Source: the human T2T-CHM13v2.0 reference genome, Homo sapiens
Length of the DNA: 64,000 nucleotides
NCBI RefSeq assembly: GCF_009914755.1
Contig: NC_060925.1
Direction: 5' to 3' (one strand)
The translations under genes and the position numbers were made by a program. Every line of letters begins with the position of its first letter. Within the stretch, counting starts at the first letter, position 1. The notes beneath the pieces were generated by a model. The model saw only the letters and a program-made list of their open reading frames with translations. It was not told where the DNA came from and made no database searches. Positions 34,371-45,570 of this stretch are shown in pieces.

Positions 34371-35954
34371 TGAAAAATACAATACACAGCAGAGAATTAT
34401 TTCCTCCCCTACTGTTCTTTCACAAAGGAAACTGTATGGTAAATGTAACTGAGATATTTGGCTAGGATAGATCCTGAGAAAAGAGAGGCCCAGTTAGAAG
34501 TGGAAAATACAAAGTCTGTCAAAGAAGATTCACCTCTCTTTTAACATAAAAGAGCCTTTTAAGTTATCACAGGAATCAGATAAAACATGTGCAGAATTTC
34601 TGCCATGCAAACAGAGACTACCGAAATTTTCAAGTTGACTAAATTATACTGACCTGGGCCCCAAGTAAGTAGAATAAAAAGGAGATGTTTTTATCAGAAA
34701 GATATGTGTTTGCCTGCTTTTACTAGACTACATATGTACATATTTACATGGTAATATTTTCTGAAATATGATTTTCATTATTCTCAGTAACAGCATCATG
34801 AATAAGGGCTATTTTCTGGCTTTTGCCTTATTCACATGTATCTTGCCTTTTTCATCTGAATTTTCTTCATGACAGCATCACTCACTGTACAATCTTGAGC
34901 CTATGATGTGTAAATAGTAGAGGTGACTTTACTCTGGTTCTGGGTTAAATCTGAGTTTTTGAAGAATTTAAAACTCCTGCATTCGTATCAGGTTTAGCAA
35001 GGTGCAAAGAAGCAACCTTGACATAAGAATATATGGCTAAGGCTTCCAACAGGAAAAACATTCCTGCTTGGCTGCTTGGAAGTCTGATGTAGAATCAATA
35101 GAACTGATAGAAGTCTGGAAGCCTTACTAGTAATCTAGCTTTCTAAGACATTAGGATCATCCCCTTCACTTTCATTCTCAATAAGTGAATTCCCTATTAC
35201 TGTTATTGCCTAAAAAATCTTTAAAAAGGGTCAAGACATTCAAAGTTTCTTCATGTTCTAAATTTCCAACAGGACTGAATTGCTCTAGAGGTCTGAAATT
35301 AGTAGAAATTTTCTTTTCTTTTCTCTTTTTGGCCCTAGTAGAAGTGTTTTAGCTTCCACAGTGATAGAAATGGGCAAATAACATCTATTTGGGGAGTAAT
35401 GGACAATCTTTGGTTATATTTATTTGCTGATCTCTGTTGAAATTACAGAGGAAATTAAAAGTTTGCTTTCTTTAGTACTGTAAAGTTTAGAAAGATTCAT
35501 TTCAGTCAATTACTGCCAAAGTTACTTTGCCATATAAGCCAAAGTTACTTAGGGTAGTTTTAATTATTGCAAAGTTATTGTTGAGGAGCTCACCTTCCTT
35601 ATATTATGGCGATTGTAATCTGGAATTCTACATGCTAAATGTAAGGTATGTCCCTTGGGCACTCTGCTGAGTGGGAGGCTGGGACCTGGGGGTGAGGGTG
35701 GAAGGGGAGATGCTGAATTTAGGCTTCTCTTTCACAAAAAGCCTCACATCTAGACTCTTGATATTATCTTAAAACTGGATTATAATTATTATATAGTTTT
35801 ATATTTGAAAAGTGTTCATTCTTAAAACATAAACATTTAAAATACAGCAGAGCTTTCATATTTGTATTCTGGCATTTCTTTATTTTTTGAACCATAGGTA
35901 GTTGCCCAGGATTCTACTGAGCTCTGAAAGGCCTCAGTGTCCAAAATGAGATGA

Positions 35955-36190
35955 CAGCTGTGCTATATTAGAAAGGAATATGAGTTCAGGGCCAGAAAAC
36001 TTGAATTTAAGCTTCAACTATGTCTCTTACTAGTTTGTGATTTGGCATGTTATTTACCCTGTCTTGGCTTCATTTTTCTTATCTATAAAAATAAAGCCAT
36101 ACCCTTCATGTTTATACCAGGTTATTATGAGGATTACATAAAATAATTGGTGTAAATATGCTTTGTAAACTATAAAGTACTACACAAATG
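35955..36190 (+). mobile_element. MIR within the PLPPR5 3'UTR
   Basis: ccagaaaacttgaatttaagc...cttcatttttcttatctataaaa...gttattatgaggatta...gctttgtaaactataaagt. Confidence 0.7.
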
Positions 36191-36892
36191 CAAAGTAAAA
36201 TACATTAACCATATTTCTAGCATTTATATAATTTAAATTATGTGTCAGGGTATAGTTCTTTCCCATTTAAATTATGTGGAATCTTTAGTAGTAAAAAAGC
36301 CTAAGAGTGGAGCTTTTGACCACTCTTGAGACACTGCTACCCATGGGAAATTACTCAATAATAAGGTACCAGTGCTGAATTTACTCATTTAAACTACCCT
36401 AAATACTGCCTGCATTCAAAAACAAGTCATGAATTAAGCCACAATTGTCAGGAGAAGAAGTCCAAATAAATAATTTTTAATTATGATACATTACTTATTA
36501 CAGTAAAAATTGGCATTTTCCCCTTCAAAAGCAGAAGCACCAGTCTTAGAATGTATAGTATGAATAGTATTTTAAGTGAAATATAACATAATATAATGTG
36601 GAAACATTATTTTACTATAGAACATACTTTCTAAAAATAAAGTAATTTCACACACTGAAATGTTAGAATGGAAATAATGTCATGCTGAATAACAAAATAA
36701 AAACCCCCATGACTTTCAAAGTCCACTTCAAATTAAATATGGCATACTGCTGAATAGATATATGAAGATTAAAAAAATAACTAGCCCAAAATAGAAGGTT
36801 TTCATACACAAATACGATTTATGTAGAGATTTCTTTTAACATAATTGCAATGATTCTGTGAGAAACTAAAGTGAATGTTTTATTTAAGAATT

Positions 36893-37030
36893 TTGTTCAT
36901 TTGGTCATCACATTTTTGTTGAACACCTACTTTGTGCTAGGCTTTGTTGTAAGTGCTGGGGACACAGAAAAAAAAAGACAATCCTGCCCTCGAGGAGCTC
37001 ACAGTCTAGTGGGGGAAACAGATAGGTTGA
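36893..37030 (-). mobile_element. L2 3' end within the PLPPR5 3'UTR
   Basis: ttgaacacctactttgtgctaggc...cctgccctcgaggagctcacagtctagtggggga. Confidence 0.75.
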
Positions 37031-37164
37031 CATTGATTTTAAAATTATAAAAATTATTAAACAACTTTATAAACTTCACTTGCAATCAAACAAACTTTGG
37101 GTGTTATGAATGGATGGTAAAAAGGGATGATGTCCAATGCAGTGAAAAACCATCTGCTTCGATA

Positions 37165-37197
37165 TCATGTGACTTCTGCGAAGGCAGTGATGTGGTT
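37165..37197 (-). CDS. PLPPR5: PLPPR5 terminal exon, coding part (NHITAFAEVT*)
   Basis: Strong acceptor on minus: ctctcactttgtcattcctttttctttttgcag|AAC CAC ATC ACT GCC TTC GCA GAA GTC ACA TGA. Completes the recognised C-terminus ...LEK(VTSVQ)NHITAFAEVT. Confidence 0.96.
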   Translation of the reverse strand, partial: NHITAFAEVT

Positions 37198-39042
37198 CTG
37201 CAAAAAGAAAAAGGAATGACAAAGTGAGAGGCTTGGGAACATTAGCTTTGTAAAATATGTAGTACCTTTACAAATAATCATTAGCTTATATGCTGAATGT
37301 TGAAGTTGCAAAACATCCAGCATTATTAAACTAAGTTTTATGTATTATTACACAATTTTTGCTGCTAATTACATATTTTATTCAATAATCTTAATTATAC
37401 AAATAGATTAAAATGTTATACCTGCTTTATTCAAAATTAACTCTGAAATTTGAAAAGATAAAAATGGCAATGCCAGACACGTTAATATTCTGTTCAGTGT
37501 TAATGGAATTTTAATGCTGCATGTTGGAGTTTCAGATTAATTGCTCCCTGAGAGACAGATGGTGTAGAATGAGATAGTGAAATGCTCAGACTAAAATGGC
37601 ATTTGCTAGTTGACAAAAATCTACTTAAACACTTCATTTTTGATGCATGAATCCTGACTCCAGACTGTAGTCTCTGTTGTTTACCTCTACCACAGAATTC
37701 TTCACAGCGCCTTTTTTTTTTTTTTTTTTTTTGGGAAATCAACAGAATTATGTACAAAGAAACTCTGTGGAATGCCTAACATTTAAATAGATTCAGGCAT
37801 GCAACAGGCCATGTCATGCCTGCTGAAATACTGCAATGAAAAACTACTATTACATAATTAATCATGCTACATATGGGCTTATGTCAAGATCTAATATGAC
37901 TGACAACCCCAACAAATAACATCAGCATTACAAAAGGGTTCTACCATCATACTACCCATTTTAAATGTGTTTTGTATAGTTTTTGTATGGCATTTGCATT
38001 GGATTTTTATAACAAATGATATCATAAACAGAATTTCATATGATGAATGTATGCCATAAAATGTTCTCAACATACATATAGCTTTTTTCAAGTTTAAGTA
38101 TTTTAATTCATCAAAACATATTTAAAATGTGTGTAAAGAAATTAAAATTCATTTTCATTGAATTTAGGCATATTAAACCACACAAAAGGAATCTCATTGA
38201 CTACAATTTGGGGCATTATCTTCTAGGCTTGACCCACTTAATACTAGAAAAAAACAAAATTAGTACGAATCAGGAGTGAGCAGAGCATGCTGAGTTTTTC
38301 CACTAACTCCTGGTAACATTTTAGAAACTTTAATTTCCCATTTAAAAATGCATCATGAAAATGTCTGGAAATTCAGTAGCTCATCTGTAAGTTTTCTTGA
38401 GTTTTCCTTACAAAAGCTCAGGCATGACTTCAGGGTAAAGATGACTTGTCAGAGTTATATAATGCACTATGATTGAATTAAAACAATAAGAACTGTGGAA
38501 ATAATACATCACAGTTTTATTTCCAGTGGCCCCACGGGTACTTGAAACCAGTGAACTGAGAAAATGCAATTCGATATAGAGTGTTTCAGCACAAAACCGT
38601 CATGAACATCACACTTCTTAATAGGATCTAGAACAACATAATTTCTGGAAAGATGTTAAGATAGAAATTAAAGATTAATCAGTCAGTGACAACTGGTGGG
38701 TAGGAAAAGGGTCAATAAGGGGCAGTAGAGAGAAAAGAAAGGAGGTAAGAAATAACATGGATGGTGTCCCAAAGGCCACTGGCCTAGGCCTCAGGGTTCC
38801 CATTGTTGACCCAGATAATGAAGGGAGGGTTCACAAGACTCATTAAATTTGCTGAAGATGATCTTAAGAGGACAACCACTAACCTGGAAGGGAGAATTAA
38901 ATACACATTAAAGGACTTTAATAAACAGAGAAATAACCAGAAGCAAACCACTGATGATCAATGCAGAGCTTGACAGAAATAGAGGAAAAACCAAGTGCAC
39001 AAGTGCAAGCTGGACAGTGTAACAAAGAAACTGTAATAACTG

Positions 39043-39167
39043 TAGGGTGACCATATAATTTATCATCTAAATATGGACATGTGGAAGGGGGAAAAGGGTG
39101 CTAATACAACACAAGGACAACAGGCTTAAATGAGGATTGTCCCAAATAGTAATATAAAGTCACCCTA
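39043..39167. mobile_element. MER81 (hAT-Blackjack)
   Basis: TIRs tagggtgac / gtcacccta. Confidence 0.8.
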
Positions 39168-39532
39168 TACTGTGGTTTAATGTGTCCACTAAAATGCACA
39201 TGTTGGAAACTTAATTTCTAAGGCAACAGTGTTGATAGGTGAGGCCTAATGGGAGGTGATTAGACCACTAGAGTGTTGCCCTCATGAATGAATTAATGTC
39301 CTTATCATAGGTCAGTGTTTGTTATAAAAAAGCAAGTTTAGTCCCCTTCTCTCTCGTTCCCTCTTTTTGTGCTTCCATTATGTTATGGTGCAGCAAGAAG
39401 GCCCTTACCAGATGTGAGCACCTTGACCTTGGACTTCCCAGCCTCCAGAATCCTGAGCCAATAAATTTCTGCTCCTCATAAATTACCCAGATTGTGGTAT
39501 TCTGTTATAGCAGCACAAAACAGACTAAGAAA
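39168..39532 (+). mobile_element. MSTB/C/D-like solo LTR
   Basis: catgttggaaacttaat...ggacttcccagcctccagaa...cagcacaaaacagactaaga. Imperfect TSD cccta/cctta. Confidence 0.82.
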
Positions 39533-41769
39533 CCTTAATAATGAGGCATGGATGTATAATTGTAGGTGAGCTATTGAGATCTAGAAAATACTGGAATTCA
39601 GTCTTGGCATTTAAAATCACATGCTTCAGTGATCACTAGATCTCCCTTTAACTGCCCATACATTTTAAGCCATAATACTCTTTTCCTATGCAAAAATATC
39701 ACCAAGTTAAACTACAAGGACAACAGTTGATTTCTAGATTGACTATATTTTTAGATCCTAGGATTCTAGGGAAAACTCTTGCCCCCTCCCCCAAATTAGC
39801 ATCTTTCCATTTCACATCACTTAAGTTTTAACTTCTGAGGTGCTTTCATTTTTTTCTATTTGACTGGGATTAGAAGTATCCTGCTTGGGGCTCATCATTT
39901 TAAGGTAGTTGTAGTTAGCAGACAGATAAACAGAGGAAAATAAAACACTGAAGTGACTATGCCTAGGGAAGAGAAAATTAAGGGGAAATTTAATCATAGT
40001 ACATGAAAGGAGTGTACAGACAGATCAGAGAGCTTCTGTTCATTTACTTTACTGTTTAAGAGCTAATGAACCTATATCATAAATGAAAGAGATGGATTAT
40101 TTATCTCAGTAGTTTTTTTTTTTTAAGTTTAATTCACTTCTGGCACAGGGGTGATTTTCCCTGAAGCAATCTAAAGAAGCGCCAAGATAATTACTTGAGG
40201 TCCTTTTATAAGAATCTATCATATGATGGTACATTATACAACTTACATTACCAAGGTATGTACATGCATAATTTGAAATATACAGATGGCCTAATTCCTG
40301 TGCAGGAAGTTATTGTCTATTCACTTCCCAGCAGTATTTTTCCCATTAACATGGAAAACCAGAATTGTGTTTAATATTTTCAGATTGCTGTCTTGAGAAA
40401 TGGACTGCCTGTGAGGCAAAGTAGTTGACCAAGTGTTTCTCTTTTTCAATATGGCTAAATTCTGAATATGCAATACTAAATCTTTTTAGTAGATGATAGT
40501 GCAAAAAAGCAGTAGGCAAACCAAAAGCTCATGCTTAAAAGTTCTATTCAGAATCATGAGAAGAAACTGGTCATATAATTTTTTGTCACAATTCCTGGTA
40601 CCTTCTGCAATTACATTAACAGAGGCTTACCATGGAGATGACAAAGCTTGACCCCAAATAGTTGTAGATTAGAATATGCTACATGAAGCATCCATTAGAA
40701 AGTGTTCACTCAGGTGCACAGCAAACCACTGAGCAAAATACTGAGTCTGGTCCTTGAGTGCAGGGGTCACAAGAGAAAGCAAACACGTTTCTGGGAAGTT
40801 GTACTGGATACTTAAATTTAATAAATTTTAAAGTCTCTATAGCATGTCCATTTTAAAAGCTCTAAGTTCTGCATGAAAATCTCTATTTTACTATTTATTC
40901 TACACCTCCACATAGAAAATACAGTCTGTAATTTAAAAAAAAAATGTTAATTAAGACAAAACTGTCACGATTCGTGGCACGAAACTTTGGTGATGACTTG
41001 CCATCTGGCAAGACCTGTCACTCAATCAACAAATAAGGGGAAAAGTATGAGAAAATGCAAAAAGGGCACTCCAGGGAAGTCTTTGGAATTACAGCTATAG
41101 GAAAACAAGTAAAATGCCATTATTAATGGCTTCTTAGTTAAGGAATGCTAAATTCATATTAATGATTGAAAAATAAAATGTATTTGAAAGATTAATAATT
41201 ATAACAACAACAACAGCAACCAAAAGCTCTAGTTCCTATATTGCTTTTGGTTGTAAGGAAAACCTGCACAGAAGGACACATTTTTCTGTATTTGTCTTAG
41301 CTTTGCAACCCAATTCCAACACCAGTGCGCTCCAGCGCACATACGTTTATTGCCTTAATTGAAGGTGTTCACAGTGGCTTATTCCCATTATCCAGCTGAA
41401 GAGCCTGGCAAGACAGTCTTTAAAGGACCTTTCCTGTGAATTTTCTTCTTGACCATTCTCAACAGGTTGATTTTGGCACACCTACAAAATGTGTTTTACA
41501 TATTACTTAAATGTTTATTTAAACATTGTCTTAATTTATTCAAAGTACTGGTTTATTTAAAGTTCCATGTTCTTACATCGTTAGACCAAATGCTGAGATT
41601 AAATATTATTCCAGTTTCATTCTTTCAAGATGATTGATGATAAAAAGCTTTTGTGTTTGAATAGGAGAAGCTATCAACAATCAGCATAGGGTTTTAACCT
41701 AAACATAAAATGGGATCTGTGCACCTGTCTTTCATGCAATGATTTATGTCTCTGACTCTGTTGCTGCGG

Positions 41770-41970
41770 AAGCTGTGTGGTACAGTGGTCTTTGCAGTCA
41801 AGTCATCTGAATGTCAAGTGTTTAAATGTGGTCTCCATCACAAGTGAAATTTTAGCAAGCAATTTAACCTTTCACAGACCCAGCTTTCTCATCTGTGAAA
41901 TAGAGATAAGAATACATACTTTTTGAATGGATTTTTATTAACATTAAATGGGATTATATACACAAAGGTC
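41770..41970 (+). mobile_element. MIR
   Basis: gctgtgtggtacagtgg...cagctttctcatctgtgaaatagagataa. Confidence 0.65.
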
Positions 41971-43119
41971 CCTGTCCCTACTCAAACTTATTCATCATTT
42001 ATTTATAGTTACTTATAAAAGCCACAGAAACAGCTAAAAAGGAAAGTTAAAAAAAGAAAAAGTAAAATAAATAATTTTTAAGTAATTGGTTAGAATTTTA
42101 CAAATAAAGCTCACTATTTGAATATAAAATACACTATTCTACCGATCTTCAATGCTCATATCCAAACAAAGTTTAAAACCCAACAAAATGTTTCTTTTAA
42201 GATTGATGCAAACTCATTTGGTGGCAAAACCTGATCTGTTGTGAGGCAATTTATACTCCATGTTTTGCTGCAGAAATACTCATCTGTGATTACAATTGTT
42301 GCTCCAGATGCTGCTTGTGTAACCAAATATACATATTCCTAAAATATAAAATATTTTGAATTCTGTAAAAACATCTGACACTAAGGATTCTGGAGAAGGA
42401 ATCATGGTCCAATAAATTAACCAACAATTCTGACATAGCCTACATTGCATCAGGAAAAGATAGGTGGATGTCATAATCTCGAATATTGTCCCTGTTTATT
42501 TTGCGATTTGCTTCTTTAACTCATTCACTTGCTTCATTCACTGTGTCCTTTGAGGAGGGGAAGGTGAGCAGAAGAGAGGCAAAAAGCAAAGTACATGGAG
42601 TATGTGTTCGAAGGTTCTACTTTGTCACATTGTTTTCCTTCTGGTAGGTTGTGAAGTTGGTATTTTAGTAAAGAGAAACAATGTTAGAACTATTTAAGAA
42701 GAAATTAGTTAAACTCAGATTTGAAGCTGTAAAACTGATTCTAAAATGTATGTTGAGCAATTTCTTGTTGTTTTAAGAAGTTGGAGACATAAAAGCTATC
42801 ATGTGACAGAACCAAAGTTTTCTTGGGAAAGGTGACTTTTTTGGGGGACTATTAACCTTTCTGTACAGTGGTTCTGTTTCAGTTCAGAGTTTTATATTGG
42901 TTCAGAGTTTTGTTTCCATTCAGAAGTTTCCCTTTTTTTTACTATTCAGAGAAAGGAGCTAACAGCTACCTTCTAAAAGAATCTCTAGGCAGCTTTCTCT
43001 GATAATTAAACCAGAGGCAGGCCCAGTTTTTACGAGAGCATTAGCTACAGATCTTATGAAGTCTTTCCAAGTCCTGAGAAGCCAAAGAAGCTTAAGGCTT
43101 TTCACACCAGATCTTTAGA

Positions 43120-43490
43120 GGCACTGATTCTCTACTGTGGCTTCATGCTGGAATCACCCAGGATCTTTAAGAAAATACTGATGCAACCCCAGAGACCAGG
43201 ATTTAATTGGTATGAGGCATGGCCTGGTTACTGGAATTTTTGAAGGCTCTCTGGATGATTGTAATGTAGAGCCAATATTGAGAACCACTGTGTCAGAGGT
43301 TCTGCAGGCCCAGCTGTATCCAGATCAAGTGCTGACTCCACATCCGGATCACCTGATATGACTGATGTAGTACAAGTCCTGGGGCCCAAGCCCAGGCCTT
43401 CTGGATCAGAATGTCTTGGTGTGAAACCCAGATATCTTCTCTTTTTGCAAGTGCCACAAGCAATGGATTGTCTTTTATGCCAGTCTGAGT
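43120..43490. mobile_element. MER5A/MER5B-like hAT elements (two adjacent fragments)
   Basis: ggaatcacccagg...aaaatactgatgc...ttgagaaccactg, followed by a second diverged copy. Confidence 0.6.
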
Positions 43491-43749
43491 ACCACTGCCT
43501 AAAGGTGAAGAAAGTGATTAATGAAGTAAGCATTATCAGGGATGTAAAATCAATTCCTTCTTTAAGATGCTGTCCTTTCACTGGCAAAAGAGTATTGCTT
43601 AAAAAATCAGTTAACTGGAATAATTCCAAAAAATAAATCTTTGAATTCAAGCCTTTTGACATTAACTGCACATTATATGTCATGCTTAGAGTTACACAAT
43701 GCATAAAAGTGTTAAGAAGACCTTCAGAAAATACCTGTTTATTTCACTT

Positions 43750-43918
43750 GTTTTTTTTTTTTTTTTTTGAGACGGAATCTTGCTCTGTCGCCCAGGCTGT
43801 AGTGCGGTAGTGAGATTTCAGATCACTGTAACCTCCGCCTCCCGGGTTCAAGCAATTCTCCTGCCTCAGCCTCCTGAGTAACTGGCGTTACAGGTACACA
43901 CCACCACACCCAGCTAAT
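43750..43918 (-). mobile_element. 5'-truncated AluS (right arm only)
   Basis: PolyT plus right monomer ending at cagctaat. TSD tgttt(a/g)tttcactt at 43736-43749 and 43919-43932. Confidence 0.88.
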
Positions 43919-45019
43919 TGTTTGTTTCACTTTAACTCAATGTTTCCCAAACGTATTGACATGAAATTTCATGGAAGTCTATGAATACTAATGTGTTTAT
44001 GGTATTTGGTGGATATGGGTATCCATGCACTTTGTCTTCTAAGTTTGTTAACCTCCTCAACTATAATAACCTTCCTCTCTACCACACTTTTATCCCTTAT
44101 TCATAGCTATATTCTCAACCAGTAATCATGTTTGAAATGTAAAATCCCAACTTAACTCCTGTCTTACCTCCCTCACACAACAAGGTTTCTTTGGCCATGA
44201 GGAAATTTCCTGACTACTAATTTATCCATCTGTTCCAGTCTATCATGCTCCTTATGAATTCCGCTTCTTTTTCACTCCTTCTGGACCCTACAGTTGATCA
44301 TAAGATCAATCTTTAACAGCATCCTCAAGTTTCTTGCCCTCGTGCCCTTATCTTGCCTGCTAAACAAAACCGTTGCGTGAGCTGGATTCTCCAGCTGGAC
44401 CATTCTTCTCTCTTGTCCTCACTTGGCTCATGGTCCTGAAGATCTCCCCTAAGATGACGTTTCAAGCATTGCTAAGTTCAGACAGGTCTCCCTTTATGTG
44501 TTCCTCCAGTATAGCCATCATCATCTTCTGTATATGGTTACAAAATTCTCTCTCTCCCCACGAGACATATCATAGTGCTCTGTATTTAATATTTGTTACA
44601 TTTCATATATTACGAATCTGATTATAAATAAAATTTCACTATCATAACAGCTGATGATAAGGTAACTCAACAGTAAATTGTATCCATGCCTTGTTTTATA
44701 TACTAATACTTTAACCTATAAAATTGGCTTCTTCTTAGTTATTTCATTTTCCTTTAACTTTTTAAAATGCTTTAGATTTACTAAATAAGCAACCTAACAC
44801 TACTTGACAGAGAAGAATCGGAGGATGTGGATAATGGACCAAGTGCATGATAAATTCTTGTAGAACCAGGAGTTGATTAAAACTCCTCATTTAAAAACTT
44901 GCTTATTTTCACAAAGAGGCACCACTGATAAAAATCTGAATGAGCTACATCAAGATTCATTTCAGAACCATTCAAAATCATAAGGGCCATTAGAAATGAC
45001 ACAGATAACTTGAAAAATG

Positions 45020-45570
45020 TTTTATAAAGGTAAATATATGTTTACCATACAACCTGGCAATCTCACTGCTAGGTATTTATCTAAAAGAAATAAAATATGT
45101 GTACTCCCAAAAAACTGTATATGAATGTTTGTATCAGCTTTATTCATAATTGCCAAAAAATGGAAATAACCCAACCTTCAATTGGCAAATGGATAAACAA
45201 ACTGTGGTGCATCCATACAACAGGATACTACTCAGCAATTAAATGGGAAAAACACAGACTACAGATGCATGTAACAAATAAGTCAGACTCAAAAACTCAA
45301 AATGCATGAGTCCACTTATATAATATCCTGAGAATGGCAAAACGCGAGGAACCAAGACAAATCAGTGGTTTCTCGAAGTTGGAGATTGAAGGAGGGATGA
45401 CTACAAAGGGGAAGGCTGAAACATTTGGGACTCACAGAAACATTCTCTGACTTGATTATGGTGATAATTTCATGAAAGTATGCATTCATCAAAACTCATA
45501 AAGCTATACGCCAAGGAAGGATGTATCAGGATGCAAATTATGCTTTAATAAATCCAAATTAAAAAAAATT
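45020..45570 (+). mobile_element. Old L1M (L1MB/MC/ME) 3' end
   Basis: gcaatctcactgctaggtatttatc...atggataaacaaactgtgg...tactactcagca. Confidence 0.75.

Larger units (their letters stand above)
34340..37164 (-). other. PLPPR5: PLPPR5 3'UTR (~2.8 kb; 3' end approximate)
   Basis: Follows the TGA stop. AU-rich and largely unique sequence with RNA-binding and miRNA motifs, ending ~20-25 nt past AATAAA at 34365-34370. The length agrees with my recollection of a long terminal exon. Confidence 0.75.
38760..40210 (+). mobile_element. L3/CR1 fragments, interrupted by MER81 and MST
   Basis: ctcattaaatttgctgaagatgat encodes LIKFAED, a decayed CR1 RT 'KFADD' motif. Later L3 3' phrases include gcctagggaagagaaaattaagggg. 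Confidence 0.55.

Noticed and set aside
43228-43704. 158-aa minus-strand ORF
   Set aside because: It runs through MER5-type elements and has no recognisable domain or convincing exon boundaries.
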